A stretch of 64,000 nucleotides of DNA from an uncultured Clostridia bacterium (GTDB lineage Bacteria; Bacillota; Clostridia; TANB77; CAG-508), in the NCBI GenBank assembly GCA_934141445.1, contig CAKPCF010000008.1:99-64098 (forward strand), in the 5' to 3' direction. The notes below the pieces were generated by a model. It had not been told where the DNA came from, did not search any database, and saw nothing but the letters and a program-made list of their open reading frames with translations. Each line of letters begins with the position of its first letter. The first letter of the stretch is position 1. The translations under genes were made by a program, and so were the position numbers. This document shows, one piece after another, positions 29,627 to 39,751 of the stretch.

Positions 29627-30382
29627 GTGGAAAATATAGTGGGTGAAAAAGATAAAAAAACAATTTTAGTTGTCGATGACGAAGAAAATATTAGAGAATT
29701 GCTTGTTTTTAACTTACAAAAAGAGGGATATAATACCTTAGAAGCACAAGATGGAATTACTGCAGTTGATATGGCTCTTGAGAAGAAACCAGATTTAATT
29801 TTGTTAGATGTAATGATACCAAAATTAGATGGAATTTCAGTTTGTAAAAAGATTCGTTATGCTTTAAATATTTCTAATATTCCAATTTTAATGATTTCTG
29901 CTAAAGATAGTGAATCAGATAAAATTGTAGGATTAGAAATGGGAGCAGATGATTATATTACAAAACCTTTTCAAATTAGAGAAGTAATGGCTAGAATAAA
30001 AGCAAATTTAAGAAAAGCTGAACTAAATTCTAATTATGAAAGTTCTCAAAATGCTAAAGCAAATGATAAAAGCAATATAATAAAAGTTGGAGATTTGACA
30101 TTAGACACAAAGAAAGTTGAAGTAAGAGTAAAAGGTGAAGTAATAAACCTAACAAAGAAAGAATTTGATGTACTAAAATATTTAGCTAGTCAACCAGGCC
30201 AAGTTGTTACAAGAGAGATGTTACTTCGTGAGGTTTGGGAATATGAAGAATATGTTGGTGCAATTAGAACAATAGATGTTACAATGAATCGTATTAGAGA
30301 CAAAATAGAAAAGGATAAAGCAAACCCTAAAATATTGATTACAAAAAGAGGCGTTGGCTATTATGTAACTGATAAGAGTTAA
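29627..30382 (+). CDS. OmpR/PhoB-family response regulator
   Basis: GTG start. REC domain (ILVVDDEENI...LILLDVMIPKLDG). Winged helix (TKKEFDVLKYL...RTIDVTMNRIRDKIE...RGVGY). Confidence 0.9.
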   Translation: MENIVGEKDKKTILVVDDEENIRELLVFNLQKEGYNTLEAQDGITAVDMALEKKPDLILLDVMIPKLDGISVCKKIRYALNISNIPILMISAKDSESDKIVGLEMGADDYITKPFQIREVMARIKANLRKAELNSNYESSQNAKANDKSNIIKVGDLTLDTKKVEVRVKGEVINLTKKEFDVLKYLASQPGQVVTREMLLREVWEYEEYVGAIRTIDVTMNRIRDKIEKDKANPKILITKRGVGYYVTDKS

Positions 30383-30395
30383 TAAAGATGTATTG

Positions 30396-30435
30396 AAAAC
30401 TACTAACAAATATAAAAATTTGTTAGTAGTTTTTT
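30396..30435 (+). terminator. Strong hairpin + T run between response regulator and kinase genes
   Basis: AAAACTACTAACAAAT pairs with ATTTGTTAGTAGTTTT (16-bp stem, 6-nt loop), then a T run. Confidence 0.7.
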
Positions 30436-30537
30436 AAATTTTTTATACCAAATAAAAAATTTACTTGAATATAGAAAAAGATAAGTATATAATAGTAACG
30501 AAAAATGGGTGATTTCACTCTAAAAATAGGAGCAATT

Positions 30538-32010
30538 ATGTTAAAAAATATACAAACCAAAATAATAATGGTTTTTGTGATTTTTGGAATACTTGTTACA
30601 ACTGCAATAGGAACATTAAATATTTTTAACATAAGGAAACTAGAGAGTACAAGTAATTTACAAAATGAAATTACTAGTGAACAAATAGCTATTGAAGCTG
30701 AAAAAACAGAAAAACAAATATTATATAGTTCTATTTTTTTTCTTGGTAGTTCACTAGCTTTAGGAATTATTGTTTCTAAGATATTGATTAGTCCATTTTC
30801 AAAGCTTTTAAAAAGTGCTGAAAAAATAGTAAAAGGTGAAGAAATTGAAAATAACATTGAAAAAAATCAAGCTGTAGGGAAAAGTGAAATAGATGAATTA
30901 GTAAAAGCTCTTGGTACTATGAATAAGGAATTAAAAGAAAATCTTAATGAGGTAACAAGACAGAAAAAGCAAATTGAAACTATTTTACTTCACATGACAG
31001 ATGGAATTATAGCCTTTAATATTGATGGAAATATTATTCATATAAATCATGCAGCTAAAACACTTTTAAATATTCAAGAAAATGAAAAATTTGAAAGTAT
31101 ATTTGAAAAATTTAATGTAGACATCAATATGGAAAAAATTATCTATTTAGAAAATTGGACATCTTCAGAGAAAAAAATCAATGTGAATGAAAAAACAATA
31201 AATCTATTTTTTGCACCATTTAAAAATGAAAATGAACGTCCAGCAGGCGTAATAGTAGTAATTCAAGATATTACAGAACATGTTAAATTAGATAGTATGC
31301 GAAAAGAATTTGTAGCAGATGTATCTCATGAATTAAAAACACCAATTACATCAATAATGGGGTATGCAGATACTATATTAGAGAATGATTTAGATGAAGA
31401 AACTCAAAAAAATTTTTTAAAAAGGATATCTTCAGAAGCTCAAAGAATGTCTAATTTAGTATATGATTTATTAACTTTATCTAGATATGATAGTTCAAAA
31501 GTTAGAATAGAAAAAACAGAATTTGATTTAGGTGAATTAGTAAAGTATACTTTTGATGGTTTAAAACTTGAAATGGAGAAAAAGTCCATTATAGGTGAAT
31601 GTTTTGTAACATCTAATGTACCATTAGTTTATGCAGATAAAAGTGGAATTCAAAGAGTAATTATTAACATTTTAACAAATGCAATAAAATATACTAAAGA
31701 AAACGGAAATGTCAAAGCTTATGTTGGTTTTGTGTACAATGATGCTTATATAAAAATAATAGATACTGGTATAGGTATATCAAAAGAAGATTTGGAAAGA
31801 ATTTTTGATAGATTTTATAGAGTTGATAAGTCTAGAACAAGAGAAATGGGTGGAACAGGATTAGGGCTTTCAATTGCTAAAGAAATTTTAGATAAAAATG
31901 ATGGAAGAATTGATATAAAAAGTGAGCTAGGTAAAGGTACAGAGGTTGTTATTAGAATACCAACAAAACAAGGATTAGAAAAATATAATAAAGATGAAAA
32001 TAAAGAGTAA
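30538..32010 (+). CDS. Sensor histidine kinase (TM-HAMP-PAS-HisKA-HATPase)
   Basis: ATG at 30538 follows AGGAG. Two TM segments. H-box SHELKTPITSI. N-box NAIKYT. G-boxes DTGIGI and GGTGLGLSI. Confidence 0.9.
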   Translation: MLKNIQTKIIMVFVIFGILVTTAIGTLNIFNIRKLESTSNLQNEITSEQIAIEAEKTEKQILYSSIFFLGSSLALGIIVSKILISPFSKLLKSAEKIVKGEEIENNIEKNQAVGKSEIDELVKALGTMNKELKENLNEVTRQKKQIETILLHMTDGIIAFNIDGNIIHINHAAKTLLNIQENEKFESIFEKFNVDINMEKIIYLENWTSSEKKINVNEKTINLFFAPFKNENERPAGVIVVIQDITEHVKLDSMRKEFVADVSHELKTPITSIMGYADTILENDLDEETQKNFLKRISSEAQRMSNLVYDLLTLSRYDSSKVRIEKTEFDLGELVKYTFDGLKLEMEKKSIIGECFVTSNVPLVYADKSGIQRVIINILTNAIKYTKENGNVKAYVGFVYNDAYIKIIDTGIGISKEDLERIFDRFYRVDKSRTREMGGTGLGLSIAKEILDKNDGRIDIKSELGKGTEVVIRIPTKQGLEKYNKDENKE

Positions 32011-32038
32011 CAAAAGAAAATAATTTGGAGGTAATTGT

Positions 32039-33148
32039 ATGAAGGGAAACAATGGAAAAAAATTGCTAGCTGGTTTAGCAAGTTCTTTAATATTTTTTGG
32101 AAAGAATGTATATGCAGTATCAGATACTACTTCAAGTAGTTCTTCAGGTGGAAAAACAATTTTATTAGTTGGTGGTTTGGCTTTAATTTTAGCTATATTA
32201 GGTTTGAGCTATAAAATGGATAAAAATGCTGATAAAGAGCCAAAGGAAATAAAAGAACCAAAAGCAAAAAAAGAAAAGAAAACTAAAAAAGAGAAAAAAC
32301 AAGAAAAAGTAGAAACTAAAAAAGCTCTTAATGATAATGATGTACCTTATGAAGCTGAAAAAGATGAAAAATATGAGCCAGAAAAAGCAGAAGTAAAATC
32401 CATTCAAGATGAAGTAGAAGATACTGAATTTGAAGAGGAAAGTCTATTCCCTTCAAAAAATTCTGCTAAGTCAAATTTTGATTCAACAATGGTATTTAAT
32501 ATGAATGAAGATTCAAAAGAAGATGAAAATTCTAATGAGGAAGAAAACTCAGAATATGAAATAGGTGATTTAAATCAAAAAATTGATGAGCTTGATGATT
32601 TAGATGATATTGATGATGAAGTTGTAAATAAGAAAATGGCTGAATTAGAAAAAAGCAATAATGAAGTAGAAAATCCACAAGATTTCTTAAATAATTTGAA
32701 AAAATATGAGCAAGATGCTGATGACTTTGCTGGATTCTCAACTAAGGAAGAAAACAATAATTCTGATGATGAAGAAGTAACATCATTCTCTTTTGGAAAT
32801 ACAAATACAACAAATGTAGAAGAAAATAAAACAGAACATAAAAAATATACTAGAAAAAAGGTTAAAGAAGATAAAGTAGAAGAAACAGTAAATAATACAA
32901 AAAATGAATATGATAATACTGATAGATTATCAGCTGAAATTGATGATTTACCAGATATTACTTTTACTCATGAAGAAGATAATAAAAAAGAAGAAGTTGT
33001 AGAAGATGAAGAAGAACCAAAATTAGACATTGGATTCTTAAATCAAATGGAACAAAATCTAATGAAAAATCAAGCAGAAAGAATGAATAAGACTGCTGAA
33101 AAAACAAAAAAAGACTCTAAAGAAAAAACAACTAGAAAAAAGAAATAG
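32039..33148 (+). CDS. Membrane-anchored, extremely Glu/Asp/Lys-rich protein
   Basis: RBS GGAGG. Signal-like N-terminus and TM (ILLVGGLALILAILGL). The remainder is low-complexity and charged. Confidence 0.65.
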   Translation: MKGNNGKKLLAGLASSLIFFGKNVYAVSDTTSSSSSGGKTILLVGGLALILAILGLSYKMDKNADKEPKEIKEPKAKKEKKTKKEKKQEKVETKKALNDNDVPYEAEKDEKYEPEKAEVKSIQDEVEDTEFEEESLFPSKNSAKSNFDSTMVFNMNEDSKEDENSNEEENSEYEIGDLNQKIDELDDLDDIDDEVVNKKMAELEKSNNEVENPQDFLNNLKKYEQDADDFAGFSTKEENNNSDDEEVTSFSFGNTNTTNVEENKTEHKKYTRKKVKEDKVEETVNNTKNEYDNTDRLSAEIDDLPDITFTHEEDNKKEEVVEDEEEPKLDIGFLNQMEQNLMKNQAERMNKTAEKTKKDSKEKTTRKKK

Positions 33149-33181
33149 AAGTGCATTGAAAAGGAGCTGGGTAAAGAAAAT

Positions 33182-33799
33182 ATGAAAAATATTTTGGAAT
33201 GGGTTTATTGTATAGTAATAGCTTTAGTTTTAGCTTTGATTTTTAGGTATTTTGTAGCAACACCAACAATAGTAAGACAAAGAAGTATGTATCCAACACT
33301 ACAAGAAAATCAAAGACTAATTTTGAATAGAACTTTTAGATTGGGAAATAGTTTACCAAAAAGAGGTCAAATAATTACATTTGAAGCACCTAGTAAAAAT
33401 TATAGTAAATTAGATGCTGACCAATCTAATCCAGTAGCTATTTATAATAATGAGCCAAGAGGAATATTTAGCAAATTTGTATATAATGTTTTAGAATTAA
33501 CTAAAAAAAGTTATATAAAAAGGGTTATTGCTTTACCTGGTGAACATGTAAAAATTCAAAATGGTTATGTGTACATAAATGGTCAATTATTCGAAGAAGA
33601 TTATTTAGGTTCAGATGTTATTACAGAAACAGATATATTTAATGATTTTATAGTACCAGATGGATATGTATTTGCTATGGGAGATAACAGAACTAAAAGT
33701 ACAGATTGTAGAGATTTTGGATGTATACCAGCAGATAAAATTGAAGGAATTGTAATTTTTAGATTTTGGCCATTTAATGTTTTCGGAAAAATAAAATAA
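33182..33799 (+). CDS. lepB: Signal peptidase I
   Basis: SMYPTL (catalytic Ser box), YIKRVIALPGE (Lys box) and GDNRTKSTDCRDFG (box E). Confidence 0.9.
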   Translation: MKNILEWVYCIVIALVLALIFRYFVATPTIVRQRSMYPTLQENQRLILNRTFRLGNSLPKRGQIITFEAPSKNYSKLDADQSNPVAIYNNEPRGIFSKFVYNVLELTKKSYIKRVIALPGEHVKIQNGYVYINGQLFEEDYLGSDVITETDIFNDFIVPDGYVFAMGDNRTKSTDCRDFGCIPADKIEGIVIFRFWPFNVFGKIK

Positions 33800-33811
33800 T
33801 AAGGATTTAAT

Positions 33812-34720
33812 ATGGAAATAAATAATATTATAGGAAATAATGAAATAAAGGATTATTTGTATAATTCAGTTAAAACAAATAATGTTTTACATAGTTATTT
33901 ATTTTTAGGAACAGAAGGAATTGGAAAAAGAAGAATTGCTGAAAACTTTGCAAAATCTATTTTATGCAAGGAAAACGGTGAAACAGATTGCAAATGTAAA
34001 TCATGTATTTGCTTTGATGGTGGAAATCATCCAGATTACAATTTTGTAAATGATGAAGGTGAAGCTATTAAGATTGAGCAAATAAGAGAGATAACTAAAA
34101 AAGTTATTGAAAAACCAATTGTTTCAGAGAAGAAAGTCTATATAATAAATGATTGTGAAAAAATGACAAAAGAGGCACAAAACTGCTTATTAAAAACTCT
34201 AGAAGAGCCACCAGAATTTGTTACTATAATATTGATATCTTCAAATGAAAATTTATTATTAAATACAATAAAATCAAGATGCATGAAACTAAAATTTCAA
34301 GATATACCAGATTCTGAATTAAAAGAATTTGCTTTAAAAGAATTACAATATGATGAAATTTCAGATAATATGTTAAAGTCATTTGGTGGAAGTATTGGAA
34401 GAGCAGAAAAGTTAAAAGAAAATAGTGAAAAATACAAAAAAATAGAAGAATTTACAAATGCTTTAGTAAAGAAAAACAAAGCAGAAATAATTCAAGCTGG
34501 TAATATACTATATGATAAAGAAAATATATATGATATTTTAGATTATTTAATAGTGTGTTTATATTCGAACGGAAAGCAAAATAAAATTTACTTAAATTGT
34601 ATAGACATTGTAAATGAATGTATTACAAGATTAAAAGTTAATAGTAATTTTGATATGAGTATAGATTCTCTTATAATGAAAATGTGGGAGGAATTAAATG
34701 AAAAAAGTTACAGGAGTTAG
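33812..34720 (+). CDS. holB: DNA polymerase III subunit delta'
   Basis: HSYLFLGTEGIGKRR, Zn module CKCKSCICFDGGNHPD, NCLLKTLEEPP and IKSRC (SRC motif). Confidence 0.85.
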   Translation: MEINNIIGNNEIKDYLYNSVKTNNVLHSYLFLGTEGIGKRRIAENFAKSILCKENGETDCKCKSCICFDGGNHPDYNFVNDEGEAIKIEQIREITKKVIEKPIVSEKKVYIINDCEKMTKEAQNCLLKTLEEPPEFVTIILISSNENLLLNTIKSRCMKLKFQDIPDSELKEFALKELQYDEISDNMLKSFGGSIGRAEKLKENSEKYKKIEEFTNALVKKNKAEIIQAGNILYDKENIYDILDYLIVCLYSNGKQNKIYLNCIDIVNECITRLKVNSNFDMSIDSLIMKMWEELNEKSYRS

Positions 34721-35618
34721 ATTTAAGAGACCAGGAAAAATCTACTATTTTGAAAAAGGCGATTTAGAGCTAGAAAGAGGAATGCATGTTATTGTAGATA
34801 CTGCAATGGGCGAAGAATATGGTGAGGTTGTATTTCCTGAAAAAGAGGTAGAAGATGAAGATGTAACTGAACCTATAAAAAGTGTAATAAGAATAGCAAA
34901 TGAAAAAGATGAAGCTATGCTTAAGGAGTTTAAAGAAAAAGAAAGCAATGCTTTTAATATTTGTTTAGAGAAAATAAAAAAACATAAATTACCAATGAAG
35001 TTAATTGATGTTGAATATAAATTTGATGGTTCAAAGGTAATTTTTTATTTTACAGCAGATGGAAGAATTGACTTTAGAGAACTTGTTAAGGATTTGGCAG
35101 CAGTTTTTAGAACAAGAATAGAACTTAGACAAATTGGTGTTAGAGATGAAGTAAAAAGAATGGGTGGAAATGGCATTTGTGGTAGACAATTATGTTGCTG
35201 TTCTTTTTTAAGTAATTTTGAAACAGTTTCTATAAAAATGGCTAAAGAGCAAAATATTTCACTAAATCCATCAAAAATTTCAGGTAATTGTGGTAGATTG
35301 ATGTGCTGTTTAAAATATGAAGAAGAAGTTTATACTGAAAAGACAAAGAGATTACCTAAAGTTGGGGCTATTGTAAAATCAGAAGAAGGAACAGGAGAAG
35401 TTGTTTCAGTTGAGACTTTAAAAGAAGTAATTAGGGTAAAATATAAAGATGGAGATGAAACATTCTTTAAAAAACATAATGTAAAAGATATCGTTGTAAT
35501 TAAAGATGCTCAAGAGGATGATAGAATCATTGCTGATAGTGCTGAAGATTTAGAAGAATTAAAGAAACTTGAAAAGCTAGAAAAAGCTGATAAAAAGAAT
35601 CAAACAGATGATATTTAA
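34698..35618 (+). CDS. ricT: PSP1-domain protein (stage 0 sporulation protein YaaT / RicT)
   Basis: RBS GGGAGG. Overlaps the holB end, matching the conserved holB-yaaT order. Cys-rich GNGICGRQLCCCSF...GNCGRLMCCLKYE. Confidence 0.85.
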   Translation: MKKVTGVRFKRPGKIYYFEKGDLELERGMHVIVDTAMGEEYGEVVFPEKEVEDEDVTEPIKSVIRIANEKDEAMLKEFKEKESNAFNICLEKIKKHKLPMKLIDVEYKFDGSKVIFYFTADGRIDFRELVKDLAAVFRTRIELRQIGVRDEVKRMGGNGICGRQLCCCSFLSNFETVSIKMAKEQNISLNPSKISGNCGRLMCCLKYEEEVYTEKTKRLPKVGAIVKSEEGTGEVVSVETLKEVIRVKYKDGDETFFKKHNVKDIVVIKDAQEDDRIIADSAEDLEELKKLEKLEKADKKNQTDDI

Positions 35619-35730
35619 ATTTATAAAATACAAAGGAAAAGTTGCTTGAAATAAGTTATAAGCTGAAAATAAAAAATGAAGATAATTAAAATATGTCATT
35701 TTTATAATGTACTATAAGGGGAAATAGAAA

Positions 35731-37014
35731 ATGAAAACTTTGATAAAGCATGCTTATATTTTGGATATGGTTGGTGAAGTGCCTAATATTCAAAAGAAAG
35801 ATATACTAATAGAAAATAATATAATAAAAGAAATAGAAAAGGATATAGAAGTAGATGCAGATGAAAAAATAAATGCTAAAAATATGTTGGTTATGCCAGG
35901 TTTGGTAAATACTCATACACATTTAGCAATGAGCATTTTTAGAGGTTATAAAGATGACAGAAAGTTAATGGATTGGCTTGAAAATGCTATATTTCCAGTT
36001 GAAGACAAACTTCAACCAGATGATATATATTGGAATTCATATTTGTCTTGCTTAGAAATGATTAAATCTGGAACAACAACTTGCAATGATATGTATTTTG
36101 GAATGAATAAGGTTATTGAAGCAATTGAAGCAACTGGATTGAGAGCTGTTGTTGCGTGGTGCTTGACAGATGATTCAATTAGAGACAAAATAGAAAGAAC
36201 AAGAGAATATGCTAAAATTTATAATAATAAAGAAGATAGTAAAATAACAATATTTACATCTCCTCATGCACCGTATTCATGTAATCCAGATACTATAAAA
36301 TTATGTGTAGATTTAGCAAAGGAATTAAATACAGGTTTGCATATTCATTTAGCAGAAACTCAAAATGAAGTTACTACAATTAGAGATAGATATGGAAAAA
36401 CAGCAACAGAATATTTAGCAGATTTAGATGTTTTTGATGTTCCAGTTGTATTAGCACATGGCATATACATTTCTGAAAGTGATATAGAAATTCTAAAAAA
36501 GCATAATATTAGAGGCGGAATATCTCATAATCCGATTAGTAATTGTAAGCTTTCTTCAGGTATATGTGATGTAGTAAATTTAAGAAAAAATGGAATAAAT
36601 GTAGGACTTGGTACAGATGGTATTGGCAGTACAACAACTTTAGATATGTTTGAGGAAATGAAGACTGCAGCATATTTGCAAAAAATAAATACAATGGAAC
36701 CTACTTCAATCAATGCTTATGATATATTAAAGATGGCTACAATAGAGGGAGCTAAAGTTTTAGGATTAGATAATCAAATAGGAACAATTGAAGTTGGTAA
36801 AAAGGCAGACTTAATTTTCATTAAAACAGATAAAATTCATTTATGCCCTGAAAATGATATTTGTACAAATATTGTTTATTCTGCAAATGGTGCAGATGTT
36901 GATAGCGTTATGATTGATGGAAAAATGATTATGCAAAATAGAAAAATGCGTAATATCAATGAAAAAGAGGTAATGAAACAAGTAAAGAAGATAGCAAAAA
37001 GATTGTGTAAATAA
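35731..37014 (+). CDS. mtaD: Amidohydrolase, 5-methylthioadenosine/S-adenosylhomocysteine deaminase-like
   Basis: 427 aa. Metal motif PGLVNTHTHLAM, HLAET and GTDG. Overall MtaD/TrzA-type layout. Confidence 0.7.
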   Translation: MKTLIKHAYILDMVGEVPNIQKKDILIENNIIKEIEKDIEVDADEKINAKNMLVMPGLVNTHTHLAMSIFRGYKDDRKLMDWLENAIFPVEDKLQPDDIYWNSYLSCLEMIKSGTTTCNDMYFGMNKVIEAIEATGLRAVVAWCLTDDSIRDKIERTREYAKIYNNKEDSKITIFTSPHAPYSCNPDTIKLCVDLAKELNTGLHIHLAETQNEVTTIRDRYGKTATEYLADLDVFDVPVVLAHGIYISESDIEILKKHNIRGGISHNPISNCKLSSGICDVVNLRKNGINVGLGTDGIGSTTTLDMFEEMKTAAYLQKINTMEPTSINAYDILKMATIEGAKVLGLDNQIGTIEVGKKADLIFIKTDKIHLCPENDICTNIVYSANGADVDSVMIDGKMIMQNRKMRNINEKEVMKQVKKIAKRLCK

Positions 37015-37133
37015 GGTAAAGTTTAACAATTGCTAAAAAGTACTTGAAAAAAATATAAAATTGTAAGATAATATTAGTGTGTTGAAAGCATAAAATATAT
37101 TTATATATAATACTTTTTAAGGAGGAAATCAAA

Positions 37134-37310
37134 ATGGCTTACGTAATTTCAGATGCTTGTATTAGTTGTGGAGCTTGTGTAGGAGCTTGCCCAATGAGTT
37201 GCATATCACAAGGTGAAGATAAAATGGTTATAGACAAAAATGCTTGCATTGAGTGTGGAACTTGTGCAGGAGTTTGCCCAGTAGGAGCACCACATTTAGA
37301 TAATAACTAA
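37134..37310 (+). CDS. fdx: Clostridial-type 2x[4Fe-4S] ferredoxin (58 aa; not in supplied ORF track)
   Basis: RBS GGAGG 8 nt upstream. MAYVISDACISCGACVGACPMSCISQGEDKMVIDKNACIECGTCAGVCPVGAPHLDNN has two CxxCxxCxxxCP motifs. Confidence 0.85.
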   Translation: MAYVISDACISCGACVGACPMSCISQGEDKMVIDKNACIECGTCAGVCPVGAPHLDNN

Positions 37311-37492
37311 TAAAACATAAATTTATTATATAAGAGATTATAAAATTAAGTGAACTAAAATAATAAAACTTTTTAATAAAGTAAGTATAGTTTGCTTAAT
37401 TTATACTCTCTTAATTTTTTGCAAAAAATACTTTCATTTTACTAATACATATGATACAATATACGAAAATATGTTCGTAAAGGAAGTGGGCT

Positions 37493-37828
37493 ATGAAACC
37501 AGATATAACTACAGAAAGTTTAATAGATGGAAAAGATATAATTCTTAAATCTTTAGGTGTTCAATTAAGTAAAATTAGAAAAAGTAAGAATGTCACATTA
37601 GAAAAAATAGCAGATATAACTTTTTTGTCTGAAAGTTATATAAGAGCAGTAGAAAAAGGAATATATGCTTGCTCAATTATAAACTTTCTTAAATTGTGTT
37701 TAGCATTACAGGTAAATCCAAATGTATTATTAAACGAACTAATGAATAATGAACCAAATGATATAATTTTTAATGGGGATAAGGATATTGGTAAGAATAT
37801 AGTAGAATATTTAAAGAATTTTGAATAA
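37493..37828 (+). CDS. XRE-family helix-turn-helix protein
   Basis: RBS AAGGAAG. 111 aa. HTH_3-like segment LSKIRKSKNVTLEKIADITFLSESYIRAVEKG. Confidence 0.65.
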   Translation: MKPDITTESLIDGKDIILKSLGVQLSKIRKSKNVTLEKIADITFLSESYIRAVEKGIYACSIINFLKLCLALQVNPNVLLNELMNNEPNDIIFNGDKDIGKNIVEYLKNFE

Positions 37829-37925
37829 AAATAATCAATACATTGTTTATAATTTATTTTGTTTTATTTTATTTTATATACAAACAAATTATATATGTTA
37901 TATAAATTATATATAGCAAAAATAT

Positions 37926-38005
37926 ATGGGCTGAAATTTATATTTTAATATTTAAAGGAATTTAGATAATATTAAATAAATTTAATCAGCCCATTTTGTT
38001 TTTTA
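37926..38005. terminator. Bidirectional terminator hairpin
   Basis: ATGGGCTGA (37926-37934) pairs with TCAGCCCAT (37986-37994), with an inner AT stem. T-rich run on the right and A-rich run on the left. Lies between the convergent XRE and LOG genes. Confidence 0.6.
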
Positions 38006-38019
38006 TTTGAATATAAAAA

Positions 38020-38580
38020 TTATTTTTGTAAGTTTAATATATACTGTTTTGCTTCATCAAAAGAATTTGCAACAAAATATAATTCTCTACTTTTATTGTC
38101 AGCTAGTTTAAGATTGTATATTTTTTCAAACATATCTAAAACTGGATCAAAGAAACCATCTATATTTATTATAATAATAGGAACAGTATAGTCTTTGCTT
38201 CTGCAAGCTTCAATTGCAGTAAAAAGTTCATCAATTGTACCTATTCCACCAGGAATAAAAATCATTATATCTGATAAACTGATAAATCCATTTTTTCTTT
38301 CATTAACTGTATTATATAAATAAGATTTACTGTATGATAATCCTTTTAATTCTTCTTCATATGCTTTTGCCATTGTAACGATTATGTCACTATTGCTATT
38401 TTTAACAATAGAATAAATTTTTCCCATTAATCCATCTTTACAACCACCAAAAACATAGTTAAGATTATTTTCAACTATAAAGTTTCCAATATCTTCTGCT
38501 AATTTATTAAAATTATTATTGTCTATGTCTCTAGATGAACAGCCAACAAATATATTTTTTATTTCAGATTTATTTTCCAT
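38020..38580 (-). CDS. LOG-family (TIGR00730) nucleotide phosphoribohydrolase-like protein
   Basis: PGGIGTIDELFTAIE (PGGxGTxxE), GGCKDGLMG and NERK motifs. The start at 38580 (MENKSE) has better SD spacing to GAAGGGG than the ATG at 38586. Confidence 0.8.
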   Translation of the reverse strand: MENKSEIKNIFVGCSSRDIDNNNFNKLAEDIGNFIVENNLNYVFGGCKDGLMGKIYSIVKNSNSDIIVTMAKAYEEELKGLSYSKSYLYNTVNERKNGFISLSDIMIFIPGGIGTIDELFTAIEACRSKDYTVPIIIINIDGFFDPVLDMFEKIYNLKLADNKSRELYFVANSFDEAKQYILNLQK

Positions 38581-38722
38581 AATCATTTCCCCTTCAATTT
38601 CATTTACATATTATTATTCGACAAAAAAAGCTATAATCCTTTTGAGGAAATTTGATGCAATGTAAGCTATAAAATTATTTTAAATGAAAAAACATAAAAG
38701 AGCAAACAACATAATTTGAAAG

Positions 38723-38751
38723 TTGACAATTTATGTAAAATATGTTACAAT
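38723..38751 (+). promoter_or_regulatory. Sigma-A promoter of the 38797 gene
   Basis: TTGACA (38723-38728), 17-nt spacer, TACAAT (38746-38751). It lies inside the listed ORF 38716, so that start is not real. Confidence 0.6.
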
Positions 38752-38796
38752 ATATTTGTCCGAATTTCTATTTTGGTTGCAATGAAAGGGTTTTTT

Positions 38797-39687
38797 ATGA
38801 AAAAGAAATGCACAGTGTTTATGGAAGGCTACATTGACTACTTGGAAGACAAGAAACGTGAGGCTATCGAAAAAGCTGAAGCGGAAAAACAAAAGGAAGA
38901 AGCTGAAGCATTGAAAGCACACGAAATCGAGTTGGCATATGATGAGCACAATCCGAATGTGTATTCTGAAGTATGTATCCAGCAGGAGATGAACAAGGCA
39001 TGGCGAACTCACATGATCGATGATGGTTATGCATTGATGTTTGATGCAGAACGGTCTACTGAAGAAGCCAAGAAGGCATATTTTGCCACTGCAATGCGTT
39101 GCAAGGAGTATCCTGAGTGGGCTAATGAGCTCACTGTGAACTCCGAAGTTATGAGCTTTGAAGACTATATGAAGCTCGCATATCTGGATGAGCATGCAGG
39201 CGAGTACGATTTCTATAATACTAGTTTTATCATTATGGGATTTAATTACAATGTGGAACAGGACGAAGTAAATGGTTACTTCGGTATGTCTGCAGTATGT
39301 GATGATGACAAATCCAGTGATGAAATTATGGATGAAGTGAGATCACTGGATTGGGAGTTCAACCGTGTTGATGCAGTGAAGCATCGCAAAGATAAGGCTG
39401 GCAAGCGTTATAACGCTCTGCTTCGTGAGAAGCGGCATGTCAAGGCAATCGGTGCGATTGCAAATCATAGGCATTTCAAAGATGAATGTGAGGATTATCA
39501 GTACTTGTTGTCTCCGGACAAGAAGTTCAACTATGTGCGGGGGCCTGTAGTACATCCTCGCCAGGCATCTTGGCATGACGAAAAGTTGCAGAAGAATGCA
39601 AGTAAGATCCGTGTGGTGCGCCATAAGGCACATAAGCATGTTAACAAGTACAAGAACATGCAGAAGCGGGCCAACAAGAAGCGTTAA
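38797..39687 (+). CDS. Hypothetical protein in a G+C-rich single-gene island (basic C-terminal tail)
   Basis: ATG at 38797 follows AAAGGG. 296 aa. Hand-counted 100-nt samples give 42-45% G+C, against about 22% in the adjacent LOG gene. Frequent CTG/GCG/CGG codons. The tail is ...HKAHKHVNKYKNMQKRANKKR. Confidence 0.65.
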   Translation: MKKKCTVFMEGYIDYLEDKKREAIEKAEAEKQKEEAEALKAHEIELAYDEHNPNVYSEVCIQQEMNKAWRTHMIDDGYALMFDAERSTEEAKKAYFATAMRCKEYPEWANELTVNSEVMSFEDYMKLAYLDEHAGEYDFYNTSFIIMGFNYNVEQDEVNGYFGMSAVCDDDKSSDEIMDEVRSLDWEFNRVDAVKHRKDKAGKRYNALLREKRHVKAIGAIANHRHFKDECEDYQYLLSPDKKFNYVRGPVVHPRQASWHDEKLQKNASKIRVVRHKAHKHVNKYKNMQKRANKKR

Positions 39688-39751
39688 ACTTCAAGAGTTT
39701 TAAGAAAGCAGGGATATAAAAAAGAAAAAAATTTTTTCACGGCAGGAAAGG

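Noticed and set aside
30423-30857. 144-aa minus-strand ORF over the kinase N-terminus
   Set aside because: It is antisense to the TM/HAMP region of a clearly motif-supported histidine kinase and spans the terminator hairpin.
32039-33148. Charged low-complexity protein as a noncoding or pseudogene region
   Set aside because: It has a good RBS, an N-terminal TM and an uninterrupted 369-codon frame in stop-rich AT DNA, which argues for a real, disordered protein. No further function can be inferred.
37829-37925. CRISPR-like or tandem repeat array in the AT-rich spacer (TTTTATTTTATTTTAT..., ATATATGTTATATAAATTATATATA)
   Set aside because: These are short low-complexity AT repeats. There are no regularly spaced 25-40-nt repeats, no spacers and no cas genes.
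38716-38796. TTG start of ORF 38716..39687
   Set aside because: It contains the gene's own consensus promoter. The ATG at 38797 has a proper RBS.
38731-39639. Minus-strand ORFs 38731..39195 and 39343..39639
   Set aside because: They are antisense shadows within the G+C-rich island gene, with no RBS or terminator in that orientation.
37493-39687. XRE + LOG-family + G+C-rich gene as a three-gene defence system
   Set aside because: The three genes are on different strands, with independent promoters and terminators between them. The LOG protein looks like an ordinary TIGR00730 housekeeping homologue. No shared signal links them.
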